DNA of 63,971 nt, the filler included, from Reticulomyxa filosa (Eukaryota; Protista; Foraminifera), in NCBI GenBank assembly GCA_000512085.1. It is 20 parts of 20 records of this genome, joined end to end, with 100 filler letters (N's around TTAATTAATTAA, not from the genome) between each part and the next. Parts side by side here need not be neighbours in the genome. Positions count along the whole stretch, not along the records: positions 48,131 to 58,488 come from ASPP01002727.1; positions 58,589 to 59,788 come from ASPP01049874.1; positions 59,889 to 62,849 come from ASPP01006649.1; 17 more parts are not named here. One strand, written 5' to 3'. Every line of letters begins with the position of its first letter. Positions within the stretch are counted from its first letter, which is position 1. This document shows positions 50,101 to 62,949 of this stretch, in pieces. The translations under genes were made by a program, and so were the position numbers. The notes under the pieces are model-generated. The model saw only the letters and a program-made list of their open reading frames with translations, made no database searches and was not told the DNA's origin.

Positions 50101-51384
50101 TGACAATTACGATTCTGTTGTCAGATATTAGAATATACCAAATCTCAAAGATCTATTAAATTCATATCAAATGCAATTCATTGATTTGCAATCAGCCAAA
50201 GACTCCAATCCAGAAAATGCTTTTGATAAGTCTTTATTGTTATCGATATTTTTTCTTTCTAGTTTATCTTTCTTTGATACATGCATTATGATTATTTGTT
50301 TTTATAGTCTTTCCGAACTTGACCAATACTAAATCTTTAAATTGATTCTTTCATATACTGACATATATTGCTTTATCTAGTTGTTCCTGTCTTTAATCTC
50401 CAAACACAACTTTTTTTGTAAAGCTTTATTAATCATGAAGTACATTCAAAATGAATTTTTTTTAATTCAGAAAATGTGCAAACCGACGTTCGTGCGAAAA
50501 TAAATCCAAGAAATAATGTTCACGAAAGAGTCAGTTGCTCGAAATAGAAATAAGTAAAAGAATAGTAGAAGTTCAACAAATAATTTTATAACAATAAAAG
50601 ATAATAAATTATGTTTGTAAATTATGCAAAAGAATACCACATAAGATTTTAGCATATTAAACAAACAAGAAATGGAAAATATGGACTAAATGACATTAGT
50701 AATTATATTAAAACTGATTTCCTTTTGTTGCAGTAGATCTAATAATTGATTGGCAGTAATTGTAGAAAGCGAATATCTAGAAGAATATTACGAAAGATAA
50801 TATGAATTATTAAAAAAGAATAAATATGAATGAATAACTTTAGTCTAATATGAACACCAAAACAAAAATAAATAATTATCAGAAATCATTGAAAATGAAG
50901 ATCTAATTATCGAACTAAGTAACAATGTTGACTTTTTGAAAATAAAAATAAATATACAAGTAAAAATTAAATTTATTTTAAGCAAGTACAATTTTGAATG
51001 TTCATTAAAAATGAATTTTTTGTATTTTCAAGTTTTTCATACACGTATTATTTTTTTATCTCATTGGATTTATGATAAGAAGCCGTACACATACAACACG
51101 GATAAAATGATTTTTGTTATGCGAAACATTGTTGTGGCATACTTCAACAATTGAACAACAACCCTTTCTTTTTATTTTCTTCATCCTTTTCAAATTCTCA
51201 TTTGTTCTGGAACCACTACATAAACACACATTTTTACTTGATAATTTGTTCTTTGTCCATTTGTAATTTGGCCTTTGCGAAAATAAAATTGTGAAAAGTA
51301 GTACAAAAATTGAGAAAAATGAAAGGAACATAAAAAACATCAGTAAACAAAATTGCAGAATCAAAACAAGAACCGACCCCAATG

Positions 51385-53030
51385 TCACTGATTGTGAACA
51401 GGTGGCAGCCTTGAAACTGGAGGAACAAGCATTCCCGAATTGGGGCGCCTATGAACAAAAGTCAACAATAACAAATTTTTATTAGAATTACAACGAAAAG
51501 GAAAGAAGAGACACAAGATTACTCAACTTCCCAATAAACTTTGCAAAAGCACTGACACGAGGCAGAGCAGACGCAGGGGCAGGCGCAGGTTCCACGGGTA
51601 ATGAACTTGAATTTGGGACAGGTTCTTTGCGAGAAGCAGGAAACGAGTGCGACTGAGGGCGGGCCAAAGGGTAGGCCGGCATAGAAGAAATAGAAATGGG
51701 ATACGGATAATGTTTTGCAGGCAAAGGTAACCGAGTTGGAGTGTCTGAGTGCATATCAAACGAATCCGTGGGAGAATTCCTACAATCCATTTCTTCGCAA
51801 AGTTCTGAATAAGAGCTTATCACCTTCGCTTCTTTTTCGTGCAATTTATTGTGCGCTGAACGAACATAACGCAAACATATACAAATACTTTTATTTTTTG
51901 CGGGTGTAATTATCACAGTGAAAGTACAAAACCCCCTCAAAATTAAACAATTATGCGAATTCCCTTGAACAACTCCCATAAAGCGAAGAAAAAAAAAACG
52001 AAACAAGGAGAGTTATTGGCAAAAGCAATATTCGGATTAGCAACGTAAGGTTTAATTCTATTTCGTGTCTCTTTTGTGCCCGAATCCATGTCATGTTTCT
52101 TTGGAATTGCAATCGATGAAGATGACGTTTCCAAAAAGGAACAATCGTCAACAGGCCCCTCTTTACTATCACTTCTCTTCGTTGCGACTGGAGCAGGAAT
52201 CGAATGCGGAATAACGGGTGGCTTGCACGATTTAGCGTAGTGATTGTTTGTTTTCTCCAGTTGATTCTCGCTGCTCACAGAGCATTTCATTTTTTTATTT
52301 GGTGGGGACAGACACGTCATTCCTTTCTCGTCATCATGCAGATAAGCATTGATCCTTGACGTTCTTTTGCGCATTAATCGTTTCATCAACTTTGCGTCTT
52401 CATCCGATGCGGCAACACGAATTTTTTTTTCATTTTCAGGATGGGTGGAACTGGAAGCATTTGGATTTGATTGGGCTGTGTTCGCATTCTTCTCCGTGCT
52501 GCAATTGTCGCTGCTACCAACTTTCTCCGAAGGGGAGCTCAATGAACAATGATCTGTTGTAACAGGGTCGGATTCTTGCGTTTTTGCGCTTGTCGAGTGA
52601 ATTTCTTTTTCGCCTTCTCTTTTGTTTGCCGTTTTATTCTCTTTTGATCGGTTGTTTTTTAATTTATCTTTACCAACTTTGATTTTTCCGGATTTTTTCT
52701 CCTTTTTTTTTTTCGTTTGGTATTACCGTTATTGTGATTCGTATTGTTGTGACTATTGCTGGTGTTGTTGATATCGTCCTCATCATCGATTAACGATATT
52801 ATTGGTTCGTTGCTACTTGATAGTTTTTTTGCTTCTTTCTTTTCTTTCCTTTTCGTCTTGGACATGCTGCCACATATCAATACGTGATCTTCTGCTGGTT
52901 GTATTTTGTCCTCGTTATGACTGCCCTCGCTCCACTCGAAACTTGTGTCACTGTCGTCTTCATTTACATGCGAATCACGCCTTCTCTGCTTCGATTTTCC
53001 CCCCGTGAGCCCTTCTGTGTCAGATCCCAT
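51385..53030 (-). CDS. Hypothetical low-complexity (S/K/N/P-rich, NLS-like) protein, spliced
   Basis: Coding-like ORFs 52659-53138, 51943-52542 and 51488-52006, with basic clusters KRKKKRRK and PPNKKMK. Ends are approximate. Confidence 0.5.
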
Positions 53031-53211
53031 GAAGTCACGATACAGACTATATCGTGATTCGTAAGGGTTGTTAAAAAAATCTTTTATTTTTTTGGATTCG
53101 ACAAATAAAAAAATTACACATATATACATCACACGCAAAAAAAAAAAGAAAAACGTTTTCCATTATCTTCATTTTCTTTTTTAAAAAGAAATAGCCAAAG
53201 GGAAAATAAAA

Positions 53212-55894
53212 TTAACATTCAAAGATATCAAAGCTATCATGTGAACACATTTGCGAGTGTTGTTGTGGCGATGGTGTGCACTGCGTAAGTGTGGTGAGGA
53301 AAAAAGCGGCATTGATTCCGTCCATGTCTAATTGATCCAAAGCAACATCCGACTTATGTGACTCAGTAACCAGCACTGGATCAGCACACGTAAGTTGTTT
53401 GGAATCCAAGGGTTCGTTCTTTGTTATGTTTACTTCTTGCAGTACACACGCTGTGTTGACTTTGCTTGGCTCGTCATTGCTTTTTTGTTGTTGTTTTGCC
53501 ATACGTTGCAATCGGATAGCATACGTACCCAAAAACACACAGACAAAACGAGTTTACCACACTGTGTCCGCACATTCGGTGGTGGTTTCAGCAGAATCAT
53601 TTGTGTGCAATAAATACAAGGGTTTCACTCGAGCCATTTTATCTTTGTTCTCTGCCTTTGGGACAACACAACATACAAAACTAAAGAATTGGAGAGAGGG
53701 CTTTGTTTTGGTATCGAGGTCATACACATAACACACCATGACAGCTTCAATCTCATCACACGTCCGCGGTAGCTTCTTGGTAAGCAATTCCGGTTCATTT
53801 TCGGTGATGAGAATATCGTCTTCAATTCGAATTCCAATATTTCGAAACGGTGGTGGAATCAATTCGTGATCAGACAAGTAAATGGCAGGTTCCAAAGCGA
53901 TGCACATCCCGGGTTCAAACTATCGTGTCATTTCGTTGTTTGTGGGTTACAATTGTCACTTTCATTCATCCCATACCGTGTTTTGTTTTGTTTTTTTTTT
54001 TGAACAAATACAAAGCTTTGGTATCCAATGGCACTTCATTGCAGTCATGAATATCCATCCCCAAAAAATGGGCTATAGGTCGAGACAACAATTGGAATCA
54101 ACAATTTTGGTTTCTCCATTGTGTTTGTTACAAAAAAAAGAACAGAACAAAGCAATGTTGTGTATGTATATACATATGTGATGTATCCGTGTGTGTGTAT
54201 GTGAAGAGGGTACAATTCAGCACTAAACCTACAAAATGAACAGAGCTGGACGTGAGCTTTAGCTCTTTCAGTTGGGAATCGGACAACGTGGGAATGGCGC
54301 CAAGTTTTTTGAGCCCATTTTTGAGCAAACGACAAGCAACCTTCTCCAATTTCATTATGCTTGATCCAGGTCGACACATATCAATCAATTGGTACGACAC
54401 ATCCAACACCATTTCATACAGTACGCGTTGTACTTCCGTGAATTTCCCCGACACTGGGAATGTCCTTGTCATATCTTTTCTCAAAACAAAACAACATTTT
54501 TTCCATTTGATTTTTTTTTTTAAAAAAAAAAAAAGGAATTGGTAAATTGATGAATAAACCTGACGAATAGCAATGATACTCTGCCCCACAGTCGATCAAA
54601 ACCAAGTCCCCATTGCTCAGCAGCGCGTCATTGTGGAAATAATGCAACAGTGTTCCATTGGAATGGGAAGCCGAGGCACACAAATAGCTAATGCGGTCAG
54701 CTCCTTGCAAGCGACAGGACATTTCAAATTTCACCGCCAATTCCCTTTCCATTATTGAGGCTTGACAATACTGCATGGTCTTTTTAATTTCAAGTCCCCA
54801 TCCCAAAACAAATAATAAGTTAGTTGTGCTCACACTTATTGTCGTTGTTCGGAAAAAACATAAACAATTTACTTTACTTCAATCATTGCAACCGACGCAA
54901 TTTGACAACTCATCTTCATCAATTGAATCTCCGCGGGCGATTTACGCAGTCTCAATTCTTCCAACATCCGATTACATGTGCGAGGTACCTTCTTATGAAC
55001 GGTGAGCTATGTACACCATACACACTTGATTTAAAAAAAAAAAAAAAAGAGTGGGCAATTGGACGATTATCCAAAGTAATACTTCCATTCACACAAACAA
55101 ATAAACAAAAGTAAATTGTGCACAATGTAGCTTTCATTGCATTGATTTGCAATAAAATATCATTAGATAAGAGTACAATGCCAACCTTTTCCAAAACGTG
55201 CTGCAAAGCCAGTTCCATTGAACTGTTTGTCCTTGGTTCGTAGTAGACAATGTCACAGTTGTCAATCATGGCGGCCAGTTCCACTTGGTCTTCGTCCCAA
55301 TGGAAACTGCGATTTGCACCAAACACTTTGGTGGCGCCGTCTAAGCCACACAAATGCCCAGACCATGTCAACTCCGACTCCAAACGCCTCTGCACAAATA
55401 ACACATATTCACAATGCCCAATGCTGTCTTTCAGAAACACCGCCAATGACGACGGCTCCTTCAATCCTGTCAGATACAAAAACGCTGCATCGGGGCGATA
55501 GTCGTGAGGGACGTCATGACTCATCATCGCTAAAGGAGCATTAGGCAATAGTAGCACACTGCTGGGCGGCAGCTTACAGAATAATTCCTGTCGTTCTTTT
55601 GTTTTTTTTTATTCTATTATTTTTTTGATACCTCTGTTGTCTTACATTGTTTTTGCTCTCTCTTTCAGCAACACACACAAAATTTTTTTACCTTTTCTCA
55701 TATTCTGTGCGGTGTATACCTGGAGTTAATTCGCCAGGTCTCATCAAGTGAGATTGATACGGGTGAATGGGCTGACACAAACGATGTGAAATGGTCGAGT
55801 ATTCTGCAGGCTTCACATATGTCAGGCACATCAATGGGGCATCACTCCCACTTTTTTTCCTTCTTTGTTGTGTTTTATTTTTGCAACGTGGCAT
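53212..55894 (-). CDS. XPNPEP3: Xaa-Pro aminopeptidase 3 / Icp55 (M24B), multi-exon
   Basis: HLMRPGELTPGI..EY..R; MSHDVPHDYRPDAAFLYLTG..EP; LRLRKSPAEI; VLIDCGAEYHCYSSDMTRTFP; HFLGMDIHD; IALEPAIY; GIRIEDDILIT. All metal ligands are present; the 5' end is uncertain. Confidence 0.92.
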
Positions 55895-56265
55895 GTCTTT
55901 TTTCTATCTTTTGAATTTTTACTCTATTTAAAACATCTTTTTGTTCCCTCTCGTTCACTACTTCGATTTGTGTGCGTCTTTTCTCGCATATGTCTCTTTG
56001 TTTCTCCAAGACGATAGTCTGTATATCCGGGCTATCCAGTAAAGTTATGGGTTATCGCACGATACGACAGAAATACTTATCGTATCGTGACCTATCTAGA
56101 TACAATAAATGAAGATTGCAGCAATAAATATGTATTGAAATCAACAATGTGATACAACATAAATGTATTTCAATCATCCCATTGAATGAACGTGCTTTGC
56201 AAGGGGGGGAAAGGAACAGATGATAAACGCTCCCATAAAAAACAAAAAACAGCATAAGGACATCC

Positions 56266-58488
56266 ATGACTTTTCCAGTTTCAACTTTAAAAGGTGTAAA
56301 AGTATATGATTTGACATTTGGGAAAACGGCAGAGCAATGGCAAGAAGAGAAGCGTGTGGGTCACGTTCAAAGCTTGCGTTATAACGAGGCTTACCGTCGC
56401 CGAGTGGAATTTATTCAAGATGCAGTGTTTCAAGTGGGATCAACAAAGGTGTGTATGTCTGAGGATGGATATTGGATGGTTGCAATCGGCGTTTATCCTC
56501 CAAAAGTAAAAGTCTTTGATTTATCTCATTTGAGTTTGAAATTTGAGCGAGGTTTGGAATCCGAAGCAGTCGACCTTGTAATTTTAACAGAAAACTATGA
56601 AAAATTTGTGGTGTTGCGAGAGAATCGTTGGATGGAGTTCCACACAAGACACGGAAAGCATTACAATATGCGTATGCCGATTGCGGGCACTTGTCTGGTT
56701 GAGTTTCTTTTTACATTATGTCCTGTCTGTTTGTTTTTTTTCTTTTAACAAAGAGATATATTATTCGGGAATTCTTTTTTTTTTACAAAAAAAGTGTTAT
56801 AATCCTCCAATGTGCGAATTGTATACCGGAACGATAAAAAACTTGGTCCTTCGATGCAATTTGGAACAAGGACGCTATTTTGCACCTTATGAGACGAGTA
56901 TTGAACATATAAGTAGTGTCGATATCGATAAAACGCATTTATTGTTAGGGTTTGGCGGACACAACGGGTTATTCGAATGTTGGGATCCTCGAGATCGTCG
57001 TCGCGTTGGGATAATTGATTTGTATGACAGCGCTCCAGATTTGATTCCAACTCCAGACATAACTAAGCTAAAGTTTGGAGATGACGGACTCTCTCTGGCT
57101 GTTGGCACATCGGGGGGACATGTGCTGATGTATGACTTACGTCGAAATAAGCCTCTGTACACGTTAAATCATCGAAACAAAATTGGAATCAAAGATATTC
57201 ATTTCCATAACCATAGTGACAAAGTCATCAGTTGTGACGCAAAGACGATTCGTTTTTGGAATAAAGTTTATTGCTAGCCGAGGAGGAAGAGGAAGAGGAA
57301 GAGAGGGGGGTAGGGTCCAAGTATAGTGGAAGAGACACATCTGATATAATCACTACAACATATCCATTTGTTTGTTTGTTTTTGAATATGTTTTGATGGA
57401 AAAAGATCGATGGAGAGCTATATACTGTAATTACACCCGCAGAACCGATTCATAATATAGCACCTTGTGGTAATAGTGGAGTAATATTTGTGGCTCAAGA
57501 GCAACATCGCATTGGCGCATATTATGTGCCTTCTCTTGGAGTTGCACCAAAGTGGTGTCCATTTTTAGATAATATGACTGAAGAGTTGGAAGAAAATAAA
57601 TCTCGGGCAATATACACAGATTACAAATTCGTGCCTAGAGAGGAGATTGAAGCTTTGGGGCTGGAACACATCATTGGCACCAATTTGCTCAAACCATACA
57701 TGCACGGGTTTTTTATGGACACTCGACTGTATCGTCGAGTTCGAGCTCTGGTCAATCCAGATGCTTATGAGACGTTTTTGAAAGAAAAAACCAAGGAGAA
57801 AATTTCTCAAGAGAGGTCCAATCGTATTGTGATTGAAGGTAAACCTCCAGCTGTCAATAGCAGCTACTTCAAGCATTTACTTTCAAAGCAGGCCGAATAT
57901 CGCCCCAAGGATAAAAAAGGGGATATCCCTGTAGAAATGAATACACTTACCGATCCAAGGTTCAACGATATGTTCAAAAATAAAGATTATGAAATTGATA
58001 TGGAAAACGACATTTACTTAAAATATCACCCCGAAATTAAGTACGCACTTCATGAATGGGCCGGGGATAATCTTAACGAACAAGATGAAGACTTAAAACG
58101 CTATATGCAAAGCGAAAGGCAACTACTGGGAAAATTTATGTTGCCACAATTATTGGAAGAGCAGGACGAAAATGATGAAAATGGAGAAAAACAAGATCAG
58201 GAAAAGTCAGAATGGGAAGAAATCCGAAAAAATACGCAAAACGCGTACAAATACAAAGACGCAATTGAGGACCAAGCCAAAAAAGATGAGGTCTATGATA
58301 TGAATAAGTTCGCGGAAGATTATGGAAGCGATAATGATGAAACTGAAATGAGAACGTTACAACTTGAAGGTGACGAAGATGTAGATATGAATGAAGAAGT
58401 TCACGATGACGATGATAACGAAGAGGATGATTATGAGGAAGATTACAAAGAAAATTTTGAAGAGGAAGGTAATCAAGAGGAAGATAAT
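56266..58488 (+). CDS. NOL10: Nucleolar protein 10 / Enp2 (SSU processome WD40 protein), spliced, 3'-truncated
   Basis: VKVYDL...RRVEFIQD...GVYPPKVKVFDL..LSLKFER; WDPRDR; AVGTSGG; YYVPSLGVAPKWCPFLDNMTEELEE; YMHGFFMD.RLY; NUC153-like DPRFNDMFKNKDYEID. Confidence 0.95.
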
Positions 58489-58588
58489 NNNNNNNNNNNN
58501 NNNNNNNNNNNNNNNNNNNNNNNNNNNNNNNNTTAATTAATTAANNNNNNNNNNNNNNNNNNNNNNNNNNNNNNNNNNNNNNNNNNNN

Positions 58589-59788
58589 ATAAATACAAGG
58601 AATGCGACTCTCGCAGCGATGGAGTTAGAAAATGTATCCAACTATCTCTTCACCAATCATAAATGCTCAACGTCTCCGCATACGACGACTTTTCATTGTT
58701 TTTCTACGTTCATAAAGTTGCAGGGGCATAATACAATCGACTTTTGGCACTGATATTGCCCACGTATCCACTCAGCAGCGCCATAACACATTGAAGCGGT
58801 TGATTGCCCTGTTTGTGAAATTGTAGAGCGATTTTTGAATCTTCGGTCTCGGAGACAGTCCAGCAAAGATGATCGTGGTTGTTCGAGTCAAAAAGTGCAA
58901 CAGCTCTTTCTGTCTCTCTCTCTCTATCTATCTATCTTCACCAATAATCAATGCTCAATGTCTCACGAACTCACGATTCTTCCTATCAGCACGAGTATGA
59001 TACAAAATCCAAGTTGTGCATGGACGCACGCACAAAATCAGTTTCGATACGAGCGATTAATGTATGCATTTCGATTATTGGTCCTCGCTATAAACTTAGC
59101 GCCAATTTTCACAACAATCGAGTTTCCCTTGTTTGCCGGTGTCGTCTTTTGAATACTTCGTGTTTCCACTTGACATTGAACTCAATGGAAGCTGCTTCAC
59201 AATTTGGCAATCATGTCTTTGTAATGTTGGATAAAAATTCTTCACAGACATCTTGGAATTGCTCAAATAAAGAGTTCTCTGTCGGATGGGTGCTTTGGCA
59301 CAGATCATATTTCTTGAATGTCGGCATGTTACTCTTCTTGGTCAAAGAAATGAGCACGTTTCTTGAGCTATAAATAAAAGTTGGAGGTTATCTTTTTATT
59401 CATTTCGTAATTAGTATCTTTATCTTTTTGAACCAGTTCGGATACCGCACCTTCAATGTGGATTTGCTCCAATGACAATAGCTGTGGTCACACACACACA
59501 ATGCCGACTCCTTTGTAAACTCCAGGAGGGCGTGTCGCAACTTCAAAACTCGGTTTTCACATTCTGAATGTGGCGACGTTTTGCTTCTTCTTTCACAAAT
59601 AATCCTCGACATGTAGAGCGGCGTATCCTTTGTACTCCATCGTGCTTGTCCATCCAGCGAGTTATACTATGTTCGTGCATCACACTGAAGTGTCTTGTTC
59701 GTTCCATCCAGCGTTTATTGAGTCTCCGATCCACATGCCATACAATATATTTTATATGCCCATGATGTCCAAAGTTCAATTTCACTCG
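58589..59788 (-). pseudogene. Unidentified decayed coding-like sequence
   Basis: Exon-like GC content but all frames are interrupted. An imperfect internal direct repeat lies near 58648 and 58934. Confidence 0.3.
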
Positions 59789-59888
59789 NNNNNNNNNNNN
59801 NNNNNNNNNNNNNNNNNNNNNNNNNNNNNNNNTTAATTAATTAANNNNNNNNNNNNNNNNNNNNNNNNNNNNNNNNNNNNNNNNNNNN

Positions 59889-61046
59889 ATTATTATTATT
59901 ATTATTATTATTCTGATTGTTGGCATCTCTTTTGTTACTGTTGGAACGAGTATTGATTGTCATTACATCAGTGACAGACGTTCGACTTCGATCCAACGAC
60001 AATACTTCCTTTTTATCGTGCTGCATGGCAGTCTTTGACTCGGCCTTGGAGTCTTCCTCGACGGTCGAACATTCTTGAGTCAACGGCTGAGACAACAGGG
60101 TGGAAGCATTTCGAGCAGAAGTCGACAGAGTAGCGGCGGAGTTTGTCTTTGTGGAATAAGATGGAGGATTAGCGGGGATGCCACGTGAGAGTTCCACAGG
60201 CACGGAACTGGTAACATGACGGATTTGAGAGGTCGTAGTTGTAGTGGTCGTCAGAGTTGTGGTCATAGAAGTCATTGCTTTGCCCACGCCCGACTTTGGT
60301 ATAGTCACTCGTGATAGTGGGTCTAACTTATTATCGGCATTTTTGCAGCTAAGCACTTGGGCGGCGATTTGAAGGCCAAGATTGTCGTTCGACTGCAAAG
60401 GATTTGTGATGGAAGCAAGGAAGGACGATACTTGATCGATGGAACTAGACAAGGGTTGAATCAATGATGACATTCGATTTGGTCCACCGATTCCTGGCCC
60501 AATTGCACCAAGTCCGAGTCCCGTTCCAACTCCGTTGTTCATATTATTTCGAGACCATAAGCCGGACCAATAATAATTTAAGTCTATGGCATCTCCTGCT
60601 CCTCCTCCTGTTGGTCCCACTGGCACTACTCCTGGCGCTCCTGGTCCTCCTGTCCCTGCTCCTGCTCCTGCTCCTGTTCCCCCTAGTTGTTGATTTGAGA
60701 TGCTTGACAATGTGTTTCCTTGCATTGACGAAAGCGCTGCCGCATTGGGGTAGAACTGATTCCCATTTGGAGTCGTGCCCACTCCATTTACTGATTGAGA
60801 AGAAAAGGGCGGCGCAAACATAAGTGACGACGCCACATTATTTAATAGGTCTCGAGGCCAACCATTCAATTCGCTCTGTCTCTCCATTAATGACTGGTCC
60901 AGCATTGGCCCCAAGGGCGTTGTGTTCCCTTGCACATTTGGTGCTGTGCGCAACACAGGCAAAACAAACATGTTTTAAAAAAAAAATAGTGTTCCAGTGA
61001 TTAAATGTATTTATCTTTTAATAAATATAAACAAAGAAAAAAAAAA

Positions 61047-61077
<31 letters not shown>

Positions 61078-62711
61078 TTATATGTGATATGGTTTTTGGA
61101 TTTATCTTGGTATTATCCCGATATTCGGCCCAGTTGGTTGTTGCTCGGGTTGACGTTTGCGTGGCGAATATCGCCAAGTTGCAGCGGATATGTTAGGCTT
61201 GGTCGTCACCATCACCTCTGCTAATTGTGTATCATTTAGTTGCTCTTGCGATATCTGTTGCCGTTTTATTTCGTTTACAAAATCACAAAAGTTTTTTTTT
61301 TTTTTCCGGATGGTGTTATCAGTTTCCGGTTTATGTGTACGTTGGAAAATGTGTGTACATGTGACGCGCTTTTGTACGAAGCTAATTTGCCATCATCGTT
61401 TTTATTCCTCTTCAACGAAGGGCACACTAAAAAAAAAAAATAAGAATGCAATTTTTTTTTTTTTTTTTTCTCTCAATAAAGCAAAGCAAATAAGGGTCTA
61501 AACAAGAGAATCGCTGTCTTTTGTGTCACTGCCCCGGTTCTGTTTCGTGTATGAAAAACAAAATCTGTGGGAATGAATTAATATAATATCTTGAAGCAAA
61601 CACACACAAACAGACAAAAAAAACAAAGAGAACACATCATCCGACCGGGTTTTCTACGTGGCGTTTGATTATATTCATGAGGTAGGCATTCATGTTTCGA
61701 ATGCGGTCCTGACGATACATTACCGCTGAACAAAACTCATGTAATGCTTCAATGGCTTTCTGATAATTACATTCAATAACAACAACAACAACAACAATAA
61801 CAAATTCGAAATTAATTCAATTAAACATGAAAATGAAAATAAACAATAAAAACATTTTATAAATGCATGGCTATGTAAAATAGTTCACCTGATCACTTAA
61901 TTGAATGAGTCTTTTTTCAACAGATTCATCAATAATGGACGTTTCTAAACCACTGGCTGGAGTGAACAGCGCTTCAATCATGGCTGACACCAACGGGGTT
62001 AATTCATTTTGATCGCCATATTTTTGCTAAATGTGGTTATATATGTATACATACATATATGTATGTGTGTGTGTGTGAACATATATGCACACACAATTTC
62101 ATACACCTCCTTCTTCTCGTTCCCTTTTTTCTATCCATTTGCTCATCAAAAAAAAAGTACTTGCAAATGGCCTATGCCAACATTTTTGAATTATAAAATG
62201 TGTGTGAAAATTTTAACTTGAGGTGGGCTAAGTTTGGCTTGTGCTAACAATTGATGTTTGATTTTTTCGCGATTTTGTTTCCAATATTTTTGGCATACCC
62301 CCCGAAAATATCCAGGAATGGATTTTTTTATTTTTGCACTCGCAACACGATATCTATCAACGAATTCGTTTATTGCAGCTATTCCTTCCTAGTTGTTTTT
62401 TTTTTTTTTTGAGGCATTTGTGTTTGGGTGTTTTTTGTTTTAAATTAAAAAAAAAACAAAAACAGTATTATAATAACAATACAAATCATAATAATAATGA
62501 TAACTTCGGGAGATATTTCTTCTAATAATCGAACTGCGGCATCTTCGATAATGTTCAGATCCATTTTTTGTTGCTCTTGACAAAATCGATACTGAATTAA
62601 TTGAAGAACTGTTGGTGATAGCCTGGAAGACTCCAAAACAGACCTCCCCCGTCGGTAGTTTCTCTTGTTGTAACCAATACGTCGTTGTTCTGCTGGTATT
62701 TGGTTAAACAT
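59889..62711 (-). CDS. Multi-exon protein with two hnRNP-Q acidic (NURR)-like domains and a long G/S/N/T low-complexity tail
   Basis: Spliced reading IIDESVEKRLIQLSDQ|KAIEALHEF...IRNMNAYLMNIIKRH and IIEDAAVRLLEEISPE...KSIPGYFRGVCQKY resembles LDERAIEALKEF...VQNKSAFLCGVMK. Joining to ORF 59841-60971 is inferred. Confidence 0.5.
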
Positions 62712-62949
62712 GTTATGTTCGGATTTCGTCCATACGCCATTCTCTCCAAACCACCGTTGTTTGGATGTTTTCTTTTGTGTTTTGTGTTTTGTTTCAAAAG
62801 ATTAGATTCACGTTTTTGTTTGCATCCGCTAATTTGTGTGCATTAGTATNNNNNNNNNNNNNNNNNNNNNNNNNNNNNNNNNNNNNNNNNNNNTTAATTA
62901 ATTAANNNNNNNNNNNNNNNNNNNNNNNNNNNNNNNNNNNNNNNNNNNN

